DNA from: Mobula hypostoma
Lineage: Eukaryota
Reading direction: 5' to 3'
Length of the DNA: 64,000 nt
Assembly (NCBI RefSeq): GCF_963921235.1
Contig: NC_086097.1
Span: 85,810,001-85,874,000, forward strand
The translations under genes and the position numbers were made by a program. This document shows, in pieces, positions 1 to 13,671 of the stretch. The notes below the pieces were generated by a model, which was not told where the DNA came from, ran no database searches, and saw nothing but the letters and a program-made list of their open reading frames with translations. How positions within the stretch are numbered: the stretch's first letter is position 1; each line of letters opens with the position of its first letter.

Positions 1-482
1 AACGCTCGTTCGCTGCTGTCATTACTGCGTGGTTGGGAATCTTTTGGAGGGTAGGCCTCAAAATCCCTGGCCTTGCCTGCTTTTGGCGACTGAGAAGGAG
101 GTTGAATCGTTTGGACAGAGATGGTGCTCAGTACTCGGTGTCGGACAGCTGATCAGAGCTCGAAGTTTTTGGATGACTCAGAGTCGGATTGTTGTCGGCA
201 TGGCAGGGAGAGTTTTTCTTCCTTCTCCCATATGTGTGAGATGTGGGACATTTGAGAGACTTTGAACTTTACTGTGCTCATGGACTTCTTCATCAAGTTA
301 TGGTATTGTTACGCTGTTGTAACTATATGTTATAATTATGTGGTTTTGTCAGTTTTTTCGGTCTTGGTCTGTCCTGTGTTTTGTGATATCACACCGGAGG
401 AAATAATGTATCATTTCTTAATGCATGCATTACTAAATGACAATAAAAGAGGACTACGTGTCTTCATAATCTAATCTAATCT
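1..482 (+). mobile_element. 3' end of a non-LTR retroelement (family uncertain)
   Basis: Ends in AATAAA followed by an (AATCT)n tail (ataatctaatctaatct); a similar tail occurs at ~32645-32672. Confidence 0.45.
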
Positions 483-574
483 TGTCAGAGTAGGAGGATG
501 GAGTAGAAAGCATGTAAGAGAGAACAGGTTATAGGGAAAATAAAAGGAAGAATGGGTTTCGTGGGATTGTAATC

Positions 575-940
575 TCAGACTGGTCCATTATAGGCACTCA
601 CCTCCCTGCTATTGAGGATACCTTCAAAAGGCACTGCCTCAAGCAGGAGGCATCCCTCATGAAAGATCCTCAGCATCCAGATTCCTCTCATTACTACCAT
701 CAAGGAGAAAGTGCAGAACCTGAAGATGCACACTCAACTTTCAAAGAACTTATTCTTCCCCTCCACCATCAGTCCATGAGCACATAACCACTACCTCACT
801 ATTTTGTTCACTTTTTGTAGTATTTTTTTTTATAGTCTTACTATAAGATACGGTAATTGTTAGGCATTGCACTGTACTGCCTCTGCAAATCAACAAATTT
901 CATGAAATACTGTATGTCAGTGATCATAAACCTGATTCAA
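575..940 (+). mobile_element. Rex1/Babar-like LINE 3' fragment
   Basis: Degenerate LPAIEDTFKRHCLK..KDPQHP..LPS..FFPSTI C-terminal ORF motif plus 3' UTR; homologous to 4140-4345 and 28790-29170. Confidence 0.6.
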
Positions 941-1479
941 TTCTGCTCTGGAAACTGACATAGACTCAGTTACCTGAATGATCTCTTTTTGTGTTGTAGG
1001 AAAATATTGCATTGCTCTCGGAGGGCATGGTCGACAGCCTGCCCCTGCATTCTTAATGGCCAGTACTGTTTATTGTTCTTGTGTTAAAACACTTTTGTGG
1101 GATTATGGTGAGAAGTTCCAGTTCATTTATTGTTACATTTTAGCTTGGGTTATGCAGTTATTCACTTGTGTATTTGTCAGTCACCCTGACCATAACCAGG
1201 GTGTGTGACGGTCACCTCCCCCATCTGCATGAGACTGGTTGGGTTCACTCTATAGTCCATGGTGCCCAGTCTGTTTTGTGTTTATCACAATAAAATGGTT
1301 GTTGAGTTAATAAGCTTCCTCGTCTGTCATTATGGACTAAATGCTCACCACAATATGTAAATACTGCATGTTCAGTGAGGGAATGCTTTTGTTTTGCAGA
1401 CATAAAGATTTTGAAAATTGTTTTCTCAAAAGCACAATGGATGTACTTCCTGGACTCTTTATATCTTCTTACAGCATAG

Positions 1480-1755
1480 CTTGGTGGAATAGTGGTTAGT
1501 GTAATGCTTTACAGAGCCAGTGACTAGAGTTCAACTCCCACTGCTGTCTGTAAGGAGTTTGTACGTTCTCCCCATGACCACATGGGTTTCCTCCAGGTGC
1601 TCTGGTTTCTTCGCACAGTCCAAAGACGTACCGGTCAGGAGGTTTATTGATCATTGTAAATTGTCCTGTGATTAGGCTAGGGTTAAATAGGTGGTTTGCT
1701 GGGCGCTGCAGCTCGGTGGGCCAGAAGCACCTGTTCTGTGCTGTCTTTCTAAATA
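1480..1755 (+). mobile_element. tRNA-derived V-SINE (HE1-like)
   Basis: A/B-box-like head (gttcaactccc) and V-SINE core gggtttcctccaggtgctctggtttcttcgcacagtccaaagac. Confidence 0.7.
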
Positions 1756-2170
1756 TATAGACAGATATGTACATGCACACATACATAAGTACTTATTTAC
1801 TCCTGCCTTTGTCCAATCAATACTCTTTGCTTCATCCTTTCCAATCAATGCTGCTCACTTGTATCATTTCATAACAGATACATTGTATTATTCTTTTCAA
1901 TATGTCAATCTTCTCCCCACAGCCCACACAGTAGTTCGTTGATGGTATCTGAAGCACGGGGGTTCTGATGGCTCTGTCATAACTTTGTAATATGTATAAT
2001 TATTAAATAAAGGGTATACTTTTCTACCTCAAGTTGCTATAGAGAAATTTTGGGCTAATATGTATATTAAAAATAGCATGTCAAACAAGACAGTATTTAC
2101 ATTATACTTACATGGGATCAGCTACAGTCAGAAAATATTCCTCTGAATTTTATCTAAAAATCTTTTAGAA

Positions 2171-3490
2171 TAGTTTTTCCCAAAGTGTCTGATATCGCCC
2201 CCTTGGGTGCAAAGTGAGTTTCTAGGGGTGTGATAAAGATAAAGGGGCTGGTGTGCAGGCATTTGATAGCAAGGCAGCAGCTGCAGAATTACAGGCTTAA
2301 TTTAAGAAATTAGTTACTTATTATAAGCATTATGATCCTCAGTGATGCATAATTGATAACAATGATCAGGTAATCACCTCATCTCTTACTAACTCACCAT
2401 TCTCTTAGACTTTGCTTGAACTGAACTTTAGTTATTAAAAAGCAATGTGACACTTCTGTATTTAGCATATCATGAGAAATCTGGATTTAAGAAATCATGT
2501 CATTTCTGGGCTGTTCACTACTGTGGTACCTTGTTGGCTAGTACAATTCCCATACTCTAATCATGCAGTGACACTATTCTTGTGAATTAGCGTATGACAT
2601 TCTATGGGGTAATGTTCTGAATCTGACCTTTTGAATGGTCCTGACTGCATTTCTCTAGCCAACGACACAACCGAGATATCACCACCGGATTTTACGTACC
2701 TTCAGGCAGAGAGTCAGGTTTTGCTTGAGCTGTGATGATGTCAGAACTTTCCCCTTTATTAATCACAGCACCTGAGGTTGGATTTAAACAATAGGCGATT
2801 GACCATGGTCACTAATCCATAGCGAAAGTGGCAGAAGCATACCAAACAAAAAAGAAGTGTAAGACAGTATAGTGTGGAGTATCTGAAGTATGGATTTATA
2901 CCAGCACCAAACAACCAACATCAGCCAATCTGTCTGTTGTCTGAAAACATTTTTTTCAAATGAGGAAATGAAACCATCCAAACTCCTTGAACATTTGAAG
3001 AGAATGCACTCTGCTAAAGCAAATAAGAACTTGGCTTATTTTCAGTCACTTCATGAAAACGTCCAGAAATGGAAAACACTTCAAAGCAGCACTTCACAAC
3101 AAACCAGTGATAGCTTGTGTGCCTCATACAACATTTTATTGCTTATTGCTAATTCTGGAAAGCTCCATACAATTGGAGAAGAACTGATTCTGCCAGCAGT
3201 AAGGGAGATTCAGAACATAGTTAGCAAACCAAATAATTAAAGCGAGTCTGCTCAGCAATAACTCTGTTCAAAGATGAAGAGATGAAATTGCTAAAAATGG
3301 GAAGACACATTGTGGAATGTACATGCTTCGAATTTGTTCTGCATTTGTATGAGTCAAATCTGCCAGACAACAAATCTTTGCTTCTTGGTTATGTTCACTT
3401 CATAAAAGATGAAAACATAGTTCAAGAGGTGTTATTTGCAAGGAGACTAGAAGCTGTGCTAAAGACTAGAAGGGAGTCATTATTTCGGAT
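2171..3490 (+). mobile_element. hAT (Charlie/Buster-type) DNA transposon relic with disrupted transposase
   Basis: Frameshifted ORFs read KKKC..QYSVEYLKYGFI...FSNEEMKPSKLLEHLKRMH...ASYNILLLIANSGKLHTIGEELILPA...LLLGYVHFIKDENIVQEVLFAR, typical of ZBED5/SCAND3/Buster transposases. A TIR-like left end lies near 2171. Confidence 0.8.
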
Positions 3491-3627
3491 TGACACCCAC
3501 AAAATTCTGGAGGAACTAAACAGGTTAGGCAGCATCTATGGAAATGAGTCAACATTTTGGGCAGAGATTTTTGCAGGTGTCTGTATTGCTTCTGGTGCCT
3601 CTGTTCCACATCTACATTATCCAACAG

Positions 3628-4005
3628 GAAACATAGAAACATAGAAAATAGGTGCAGGAGTAGGCCATTCGGCCCTTTGAGCCTGCACCACCATTCAGTA
3701 TGATCATGGCTGATCATCCAACTCAGAACCCTGAACCTGACTTCTCTCCATACTCCAATCCCTTTAGCCACAAGGGCCATATCTAACTCCCTCTTAAATA
3801 TAGCCAATGAACTGGCCTCAACTGTTTCCTGTGGCAGAGAATTCCACAGATTCACCACTCTCTGTGTGAAGAAGTTTTTCCTCAACTCAGTCCAAAAAGG
3901 CTTCCCCTTTATCCTTAAACTGTGACCCCTCGTTCTGGACTTCCCCAACATTGGGAACAATCTTCCTGCATCTAGCCTGTCCAATCCCTTTAGAATTTTA
4001 TACAT
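3628..4005 (-). mobile_element. CR1 LINE 3' end
   Basis: YKILKGLDRLDAGRLFP..TRGHSLRI..FFTQRVVNLWNSLP C-terminus and a (TTTCTATG)n tail. Confidence 0.9.
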
Positions 4006-4139
4006 TAATTTTATAAGAAGAGGGAGAAAATACTACAAATCCCTGTTGGAAGTCAAGTTTGCTTGTTGCAAAGTACTTAAGCCTTGAGAAAACTGCTGTC
4101 CTCTCTGTGATTGTGATCATTTTATTCAACCAACTCCAC

Positions 4140-4345
4140 CACAGGCACAGCCCCCACACCATCCAGGAAATCTTCAAGAGACAGTGCCTCAAAACGGCGG
4201 AATCGCCCAATAAGGACTCTCACCATCTGGGACAAGTCTTTTTATTACTACCATCTGGGAGGATGTACAAGAGCCTGAAGACCCACACTCAAAAATTCCC
4301 CTCCACCATCAGATTTCTGAACAGTTGATGAACACTATCTTGCTA
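4140..4345 (+). mobile_element. Rex1/Babar-like LINE 3' fragment
   Basis: IQEIFKRQCLKTA..KDSHHLG..LLPSGRMYKSLKTHTQ..STIRFLN. Confidence 0.65.
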
Positions 4346-4789
4346 TTTGTACTGGTCTAGAAAGGTTAGTAGTTGATTCCTCATGGAAAAAGCAGGTTTT
4401 GAGCATGTTGATTGCTCAGAAACAACCCTACTTACAAGGCTAACCACAATCAAATTAGATTAACTGTTGGACTGCTGCACATCTCTCTAACAAATTACTC
4501 TGGACTCTGCTGAGAATCAAAATCAATATTATTATCATCATCTTATATGCCATGAAATGTGTCTTTTGTGGCATCAGTATAGTTCAAATACACAAAATGA
4601 CTAAATAACAACATTAATAAATAGTACAAAATAAAGGATGAGTTCATTGACATACAGACTTTTGGGGTAGCAGGTCAGCTGGGTGGATAGATCAGAAGCT
4701 CTCCCTTTGGTAACTGTGTTGTTCTGGTTAATGAACAGAAGAATGGAAATCAAGTTGCATCTTAACCAGAGAAATTGTAAGCAATTGGC

Positions 4790-6320
4790 AAGGATGAGGA
4801 TTAACCAAGGTTATTTGCCTTTGACAATTATAACAAAGTCAGAAAAGAACTGAAGAAGGGAATTAGGAAAACCAAAAGAGGCTACAGAATGTCCTCGGCA
4901 AGTAAGATTGAAGAGAATTTCAAGACATTTTAATCATAAGTCAGGAGCAAGATGATATTTAGGGAGTGGATAAGACCACCTAAATTTAATGGAGGGAACA
5001 AGTGCTTGGTAGATGTGGGGTGAAGTTCTAAATGAGTGCTTTGCTTCAATATTTACCAAGGAGAAGGACGTGGAAGATAGGGAGATCAGTGAGGAGCATG
5101 CAAATTTGCTAAGGCATTCCAATATAAAGAAAGAGGTAGTGCTGGGTCCTTAAAGAACATTAAGGTGGATAAATCCCCAGAGTCTGATGAGGTATACTCT
5201 AGGTAATTAAGAGAGGCAAGAGATGAGATTGCTTTGGCCATGACCAATATCACAGGCAAGGTCCTGGAGGACTAGTGAGGAGCTGATTATTATCCAAAAA
5301 GGGGAATAAAGATAATCCTGGAAACTATAGACTAATATATCTCATATAGTGGTAGGGAAGGAACAAATGAAGATTCTTGGCAATATGATTTATGAGTATT
5401 TGGAAAACCATGGCCCAACAGGGACAATGGGCATAGCCATGCATGGGGAAAATCATATCTTATTAGTTTGATCAAGTTTTTCAAGGTAGTGATCAAGGTG
5501 ATTGAGGAAGGCATGCTGCCTAAAAGAATCTTAGTAAGGCGTTTGACAGGTTTTCTCATGGGAAAGATTGAAATGCATGGGATGTATAGTAAATTGACTG
5601 CTTGGATTCAGAATTGGCTTGTCCATAGAAGACCAGAAGACATTCTGGTTGGAGGTCGGTGACTAGAGGTGCTCTGCAGGGATTTATACTGGGACCATCT
5701 ACACTATTTGTTTTATATCTATGTTACCTGGATGAAAACATAGATGGATGGGTTGATACAAAGAAGATTTGGGGTGTTGTGGATAGTGTAGAAGACTTCT
5801 AAAGGATATAGCAGGATATAGATCAGTTGCAGATATGGGTGAAGAAATGGCAGATGAAGTTTAACCCAACCCAATGTGAAGTGTTATGCTTTGAGAGATC
5901 AAATGAAAAGCAACAGTACACTGTTAAGGACAAGTTTCTTAAATGTTGATGCGCAGGTTGGATAGATTTGGGTTGTTTTCTGCAGAGCTGCAGAGGCTGA
6001 CGGGAAATCTAATTGACTTTATGAGAATATGAGAGGCATAGGTCGAGTAGTCAGCTGGTATATTTTCCCTTGGTTAAAATGCCAGGAAACAGCTTTCCTG
6101 CCAGTGACAAGTTTTCTGCAAAGAGAGTAGTGCATGCCTGGAATGTGTTGCTAGGGATGGTGTTGAGGCAAATGTGATAGAGACTTTCAAGAGGCTCTCG
6201 CTTAGACACCTGAATGTACAGGAAATCGAAGGATGTGGACATTGTGTAGGCATTAGATTACTGATTTAATTTGTTTGGTGGGACATTGTGGGCTGAAGGG
6301 CCACTTCCTGAGATGTACTG
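4790..6320 (+). mobile_element. degraded CR1 LINE (ORF2 RT region to 3' UTR)
   Basis: Nucleotide similarity to the CR1 at 39300-41390 across the RT region; many indels. Confidence 0.8.
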
Positions 6321-6621
6321 ATCTTGCTAAAGGTGGTTAGAGCAAAAGAGAAACAAGGATTCTTTTAAAAAAGAATTCCGGAGATTGGGGCCTTGGCACC
6401 TTGGTGAGCAATGTCAGAGTGCTCAAAATTCAGTAGTACTGGATGTAAATTAAAATCTTGGAAGATTGCTGGTTGGGGTGATTACAGTGGTAAAAAAGGC
6501 AGGGTCCCGGAGGGTTTTGAGCTTTGAGAGGTCAATTTAAAACAGGGATAATGCTCAATTGGAAGTCTGTAATTAAATTGTATATACTTATGCTAAAGTT
6601 AAAAGGTCAGTTGATGCAATG

Positions 6622-6795
6622 ACACATAAAATGCTGGAGGAAGTCAGTTAAGTCCTCCAACATAAAATGCTGGAGGAAGCCCAGACCCCAAAACATCAAT
6701 TGTTTATTTCCATAGATGCTGCCTGACCCACTGAGTTCCTCCAGCATTTTGTGTGTTTTGCCTTGGATTTCCAGCATCTGCAGATTTTCTTGATT
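6622..6795. mobile_element. Penelope-type terminal fragment, partly inverted
   Basis: Both acacataaaatgctggaggaa and its reverse complement ttcctccagcattttgtgtgt are present; same family as 19176-19328, 36002-36436, 41045-41138 and 51603-52033. The Penelope assignment is inferred. Confidence 0.5.
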
Positions 6796-9527
6796 TTGGG
6801 ATGATGCAATGGCATTGTTACAAGTAGTAGTGTTGCTGATTCCCTGCTATTAGAATTAGGATACTTTTGTTATCAACTCTTGTGCTCTGTAAATATTACT
6901 TTAAGTTGATTGTGTCAGAACACTAGCATTATCCAATGTACTTTTAAGGTACATTGGAGATCCTATGTGATTTAGTGAAAACTGGGGGTAATAGTTAGGA
7001 TTTAGGGAGCAAAGTTGGAATGACCTCAAGTTTCTAGAAGATGGAATGGTCAAATCTGGAGGTCACAAATGCATACTTAACGACCTGAGGTAGAAGAGGG
7101 TGATGCTACAGTGTGGAAAATTCTTAAGGATGCTACAAGTCTAACCAGGTGCAGTAAAATGCAAACATCCCTCCAAGATACCATGTTTGGATTTGAAAAT
7201 ATATTCTGAGTCAAATCATATTGTACACCAACTACCACCTAGTGTCACAACTTGTGGTCTCTGCATGCTTGAGCCTGATGTGGGAATCTGATCTCTGTGA
7301 CTGTCCATGATCTAGAGATAGTCACAAGGTCCAGACAGTGACTAGACTTAAGGTGGTGTAATGCTGAGCTCTGTTCCCTCTGACAGGTTTTACAGAAGGC
7401 AAAGTTGGATGTGGAGCTTAGTCCTGTGAGGCATATTAGAAGTTAAAAATGCCTCTGGCATTTAGAGGAATTTAAAAATTAAGTTTTAAATGTTTTAAGA
7501 TTAAAAATTCTGTAAAATAAAAACACTTTTCAAAATAAAAAGTGAAACATATCCCGATCAACAGGCCTTCCACATTCATTGAAGTCATTCACCTTCCAGC
7601 ATCAACACCAGGTCTGATCTAGTTTAGAATCTGAATGGTGAATTCCCCAGTACAATGCTGGATAATCTGGGTCTCAGCATTGGACTCCATATGGAATACA
7701 GCAACAGAGTAAAATGACAGATGCAAGATCAGTAAGCCTTGGATTACTGTCTCCATCATCACAAGAATGCAGCATTTTAAGATGCATTCCCACTAACACT
7801 ACCTCCTGGAGAGCGATTTTGGAAAAGCAGTGTCCCATGGATCAGTTTGAAAGAAAAGGTACAGCACATTGTGAGAGGTAGATTTATGGCATGATTTTAT
7901 TGAATAGTGGAGCAGAATTCAATGGGATAACTCTTGCACCAAATTTTTCATGTTCTCAACTTCTTTTGTTGATTTTTTTTCTTTGCATTGGTTGTGAATT
8001 TTATTGCTAGTCAGATCAAATGGCATAAGTCTTCCGAGTTATCTGAACTCTGGTTGAGCTGGAATGTTGTTGGTGAAAGAACATACTACATAAATGGCAT
8101 GCGTCAAAATAAAGTTAGCTTTATATACAAGTAGATAAAGGAGCATTCAGCAATAATAAATAACCAAAGATATACACAAAATATGCATTCATGTAGTGCT
8201 AAGCATTTTGCTCTTTTTATTCAATCTGGAAGGAGCCTGCTGTGTAGTGAAATGCAAGTAAGCAAATTAGTTTAATTACAAACTTAAACTAATGGAGGAT
8301 GGGATCATTATGCAGACACTTAACATTCCTGTTGTAATTTGCCACTTTGAAAGAAAAAAATGATTCATACCTCAGACAAAGCTGAATCCAGCTTCCCTCC
8401 CAGATAATTGCAGTAATACAAGATGAGAGAATGATTTGCTGTTGCTGAGATCTGTAAAGTTAATTCAAAGTTAATTTTAAAATGCCGAGCTTTGTAGTCT
8501 TTAAAAAGAAAATTATTAGAATGCAGATGCTGCTGACTAAGCCACTGTTTATTATAACAACATAAAACAGAACAGCAGAATCGGGCCATTCAGTTTATCG
8601 AGTCTGCTCTGCCATTCCATCAGAAACCTCTTTTGGAACCTTGAGGTGTGGTCCATCTGGTCCAGGTGACTTATCTACCTTCAGACCTTTCAGCTTCCCA
8701 AGCATCTTCTCACCTCTCTTTTACTCTTTATGCTATATATCTGAAAAAAACCTTTGGTGACACCTTTTATATTATTGGCTAACTTACTTTCATATTTCAT
8801 CTTTTCTCTCCTTATTGCTTTTTTAGTTGTCTTCTGTTGTTTTCAACCCTTATTATCCTTAAGTAGATAGTGTATAGGTTTTTTTTAAAACCACATCATT
8901 CCATCTGCCGAAGGTATGCCCACAATTTGTAAGGTACGGACTTCTAAGATGTTGAAAATTGAAAATCATAATGGTTGAGTGATATATCTTCAATTGTATT
9001 GATGTGATAGTTTGGGAGAGCTAGGAGGTGAACTTAATTCTATGCATCTCCCATTTGTCCTTCTGGATCTGGTCTGAGAGGATCTGCTATAGAATCAAGC
9101 ATTTGGCAATTGGCCACTATCTTCCCTGTAGCTTACACACATTACTACCGTAGAAGTCATGTAAAGAGAATATGAAGAGGGTTCGATGGTCAACCAGTAC
9201 AATGTCTTAAATAAGCCATTGCTTTTAACTACAGCTTTGGCCACCTAGAGAAGTGGAGTGTGAAGCACCATGCTTAACATGGCTGGCAATGATAAAGAGA
9301 TGTTGGGAGTCAGGACTGCAGGCGCCCAGCCTCAAAGCTGTTAGTAGTCATGGGAGTCACATGCCTGAGTTTCCGGTCACAAAGAATTGGGATTTTTATG
9401 GTAGTGGATTTGGAGATGTTAATGCTATTAAATGTAATAGGAAAATCTCATATATATTTTTTTTTTAATTTGCTTTTTATGTATTATTCAATTTTGTTTT
9501 GAATTCCACCATTAAGTCTGTTTTCAC

Positions 9528-10381
9528 TGTTACGAGAATACACATAAAATTAAGATGTTTGCTGGCCTGGGCTAGCATCAGTGGCATCAGCAGTTGGTCT
9601 GCCACCTGCCCTCAGGGGAAGGAGAGATAAGGAACAATGGAGCAGCGTCTGGAGATGTGTAATGAAGGGATGTGGGAGGAAGAGCTGTCTGGAGCGGCTC
9701 CCCCCTTTGAACCCTGAACTGTTTGAAGTGATGGACAGGCGATACCCCAGCAGGGGGATAAAAAGGGACAGGTTCGCTAAGACAGACACACACGCCACCC
9801 GAGGTAACGAGACCCTGGAAGCGGTGCGCCTCTCACGAGTGGGTGGAAAGGTACGATCAGCGGGAACCCGGTGTGTGTCCGCCCTTGCCTGGGTGCCGGG
9901 TTCACTGCAGAGGATCGACCGCATCTGGAGGAGGGGTCACAGTCGGTGACCTCAGGTGACATCACCAAGGACCTGCCCAAAAGCTGTTTGTGAGCCATCT
10001 CGCTGGTCTGTGAGCCATCTTGCTGGTCTGTGAGTGAAGCCGTTCTGAATGATGAGTTGTTCCTATTCTATCTCTCTCTTCCCCCACGTTGTCCACCGCC
10101 ATGGCAACGATTACTGCGAACTGAACTACTAAACTGGACTGAACTTTGAGTCATTTTGGAATTGGTCATTTACCCCTAGACAACGATAGAGCTTGATTGA
10201 TGCTGTTATCTTAATTCTGTGCACATGTGTGTTTATCATCACTGAACTGTTGCATTTATTATCCTTTCGATTGCTGTGTTGCTTGTTTCTTTAATAAAAC
10301 TTTCTTAGTTCTAGTACTCCAGACTCCAACTGGGTGATCCATTTCTGCTGGTTTGGCAACCCAGTTACGGGGTACGTAACA
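9528..10381 (+). mobile_element. solo LTR (854 bp), copy A
   Basis: Termini TGTTACG...CGTAACA, perfect 4-bp TSD TCAC (9524-9527 / 10382-10385), TATA-like GATAAAAAG at ~9757, AATAAA at ~10293. Confidence 0.88.
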
Positions 10382-11336
10382 TCACAAACGCCAGAAGTCC
10401 ATTCCAGACCTTAGTTACTTATTGTTTGAAAAATAAATCTTCATCACATTTGCTCTTCACCTTCCATTTATGTGCACCAGTTTTTGGCCATTTCCACCAA
10501 TAGAACGGTTCCTTTCTATCTACCTTATCTATATCCAAGATCATTTTCAAAGCCTTTAATTAGATCACCTCACTATTTCCTCTGCTCCCAACTTCTCCAA
10601 ACTATCCATGTAGCTATCTCTAATTTAGAGTCTGCAACCTGTCCCCGTGATCACTTTTGTAGATCTGTTCTGTACCCACTAAAATGCCTTCAGATTTTTC
10701 CTAAAGTGCTCAGTTGAAAACACAGTGTTTCAGCTTTGACTGAACCAGTTTGTCACGAAAGTTCATCATGGCTTTTTGTTCTTGTACTCTAGGGCCTATT
10801 TGTAAAATCCAGGATGCTTTTCAAGCCACATTTCCTCCCACATTCAATAGCTTATTGACATGTACTTCAGAGTCTCTCTGATTCTATACAGTACTCAGAT
10901 GTGCTTTCTGGTTCATTTTGCCTCTCCTGTCATAATGGAGCCTTTTGTATTTTTTGTGTTAAAATGTATCTGTCTACATATATCACCAGACTGGCAATAT
11001 TTCATTATATATATTACTACCTTCATCTGATTTCTCTACACTTTGAAGTTTTGTGCTATCTGCAGATTTGGAAATTCTGCTCTGTGCACTCATGTCCAAG
11101 TTCTTATATATATCCGTCCCAATACCAAACTCTTCGGATGCATCACTTCACACTTCCCTTGAGGCTTAAGAACAAGCATTCTCTGATTCCTGTCGCCAGC
11201 CAATTTTCTATCCATGCTGTTCCTGATTCGATAGACTTCAATCTTTACAACAGTATCATGTTAAATACCTGCTTACTTCATCTGTCAATATATTCTTCAG
11301 TTTCTTACTCCCTCATGAATTTATTTTGCTTCTATA

Positions 11337-11875
11337 GAACATAGAACTGTAGAGCATTTTGGCCCACAATACAGAGATGAGCTAATGACACCTACTCCTT
11401 TCTGTTTGCACATGATCTATATCTCTTCATTCTCTGCACTTATTTACCTCTCCAATTGCCTCATAAATGCCTCTATCTCATCTGTTTCCACCGCCACCCC
11501 TGATAATGCATTCCAGGCACCCTCACCAATCTGTGTAATACCTTTACCATGAACTTGTTCTTTGAAACCCCTTCACCCACCCCACATCTTAAATGTATGC
11601 CTTCTGGTATTAGACATCTCAAATCTGGGAAAAAGAATCTGGCTCCCTACTTTGTCTGTGCCTCTCATAAGTTTATAAACTTTTATCAGGTCTCTCCTTA
11701 GCTTCCAGCACAACAGAGAAAAGAACCCTCTGTCAAGCCTTTCCTTATAGCACAATCTAATCCAATCAGCAGCGTAGTAAACCTGTTCTGAACCCTTTCA
11801 AAAGCATTCACATCCTACCTGTAATGGGGAGACCACAATTGAATGTATTACCTCATATGTGACCGAACCAACAAT
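11337..11875 (-). mobile_element. degraded CR1 LINE 3' fragment
   Basis: ORF 11573..11755 reads YKERLDRGFFSL..LRRDLIKVYKLMRG, the CR1 ORF2 C-terminus. Confidence 0.8.
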
Positions 11876-11889
11876 ATGAAGCTGCAATA

Positions 11890-12150
11890 GGGTTGGTACA
11901 GTAGGGTAGTAGTTGGCATGATGCCATTACAGTGCCAGTGACCTGGGTTCAATTCACACTGCTGTCTGCAAGGAGTTTGTACGCTTGTCCCGAGACTGTG
12001 TGGGTTTCCTCTGGGTGCTCCGGTTTCCTCCCACATTCCAAAGATGTACAGGTTAGTAGGTTATTTGGTCACGTGGGTGCAATTAGTTGGTGTAGTTTTG
12101 TTGGGCTGGAATGGTCTGCTCTCAAGCTGTACATCTAAATTTAAAAAAAT
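11890..12150 (+). mobile_element. tRNA-derived V-SINE (HE1-like)
   Basis: gggttcaattc B box and gggtttcctctgggtgctccggtttcctcccacattccaaagat core. Confidence 0.72.
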
Positions 12151-12270
12151 AAAATAACTTGTTTAGTCTTGAACTCAGTGCCTTGACTAATTCAGGTAAT
12201 TATGTCGTACGTCTTCTTTTAAACTCTCATGCTTATGTAAGCAACTAATCCACTGGGTATAGATTTAAGG

Positions 12271-12350
12271 CAGGGGTTCCCAACCTCATGTCCACAGACC
12301 CCTAGATTAATGGTATTGGTCGAAGGCATAAAAAAGGTTAGGGGCCCCTG
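12271..12350. mobile_element. 80-bp hAT-type MITE
   Basis: TIRs CAGGGG...CCCCTG and 8-bp TSD ATTTAAGG/ATTTAAAG; a related copy in opposite orientation lies at ~56732-56810. Confidence 0.7.
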
Positions 12351-12514
12351 ATTTAAAGTCTTTCCAGGTAGACTGCTTTTGCTATTAAAAAACAAGAACT
12401 GGGAAATCAACTTTGTTACTTCCTTTAGTGATTTTTTAAGGAGAAAATAATACAGTCAGTATTTTGTATACAGGTAGATCAGTGGTTGATGAAGGAGTTC
12501 AGTACGTTCACTGG

Positions 12515-13255
12515 ACAAGAATCAGAGGTGCAAAAGGGACTTAGGTCCTCATGCAGGATTCTCTAAAGGTCAACTTGCTCGTTGAGTCAGTGGTAAGGAA
12601 GGCAAATGCATTGTTAACATTCATTTTGAGAGTTCTTGAATAGAAAAGCAAGAATGGCTTTATGGCTGAGGCTTTATAAGGCATTAGTCAGACAGCATTT
12701 GGAATACTGTGAGCAGTCTTGGGCCCCTTATCTAATAAAAGATTTACTGGTATTAGAGAAGATCCAGAGGAGGTTCATGAGAATCATCCCAGCAATAAAA
12801 GGATTAATGTATGAGGAGCATTTGATGTCTCTGGGTTTGTACTCACTGGAGCTTTGCGGGGGTGGGGGGGGGGAGATCTCAATGAAATCTATCGAATATT
12901 GAAAGGCCTAGATAGAATGGATGTGGAGAGGATGTTCCCCATAGTGGGAGAGTCTAAAACCAGAGGACACAGCCTTAGAAAAGAAGGAAACCACTTAATA
13001 TCAGAGATGAGCACGGATTTCTTTAGGCAGAGGGTGGTGAATCTGTGGAATTCACTGCCACAGATGCTGTTGGATCCAAGTCCTTGGGTATACTTACAGT
13101 GAGGGTTGTTAGGATCTTGATGAGTAAGGGTGTCAAATGTTGCAGAGAGAAGGCGGGAGAATGTGGTTGAGATGGCTAATAATTCAGCCCTCGTGGAATT
13201 GAGCACTCTCAATGGGCCAAGTAGCCCAATTCTGCTCCTATGTCTTATGGTCTAA
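12515..13255 (+). mobile_element. CR1 LINE 3' fragment
   Basis: LRLYKALVRQHLEYC..W.PYL...TRGHSL..QRVVNLWNSLP; ends tatgtcttatggtct. Confidence 0.9.
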
Positions 13256-13369
13256 AACTAGATGACAATGAGTGAAGAATTTTAGCCTAAAGGTTATCCC
13301 CTGTCATACTATTCCCATTCGGATAAGAATGCCGCTGGTATTTGAGAGCTATCTCCAGAGCTCAATAGA

Positions 13370-13671
13370 GCAAGCATGAAGAATCCCATTTTTTAACTGG
13401 TAAGAAAATACGGACTCCTTCAAGGATAAAAACTGACAAATCTAGTTAGATATGTATTTCAATGTTTTTCGTTCTCAACAGAAAAGGGTACACATGACTC
13501 AAAGTATTGGTGATGAAAGAAATAAAGCAGCTCATCACAAACTGGACTGGCGATTCCACTAAGCTCTGGCACCAGAAGCTCAGCCTATTTAATATGGTGG
13601 AGGGAGAATGTGTAAATCTTGCAGCACAATACCTCCATGATGTTTCACTGCCAGAATTAAATCAATATAAA
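13370..13671 (+). pseudogene. decayed exon-2 homologue of a tandem polyamine oxidase paralogue
   Basis: ASMKNPIF*LVRKYGLLQ (TAA at 13394) aligns with ASTKNPVYQLAKEHDLLQ. EIKQLITNWTGDSTKLWHQKLSLFNMVEGECVNLAAQYLHDVSLPELNQYK aligns with EVKMLLTQWVGDHTDLRRQKQGFLSMLMKLQCAHLAAASLGEVSVHEYEEYK. The middle is shortened or degraded. Confidence 0.8.

Noticed and set aside
1082..1352. Possible short solo LTR (TG...CA with AATAAA)
   Set aside because: No convincing TSD and no second copy in the window.
2890..3644. Domesticated ZBED5/SCAND3-like gene
   Set aside because: Multiple frameshifts and stops, and truncation by other repeats; a dead hAT transposon.
13300..13369. Possible remnant of pseudogene exon 1 (cgg ata aga ... 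ttt g)
   Set aside because: Similarity to RIRGSLFG is too short, and no GxGxxG motif was found anywhere upstream.
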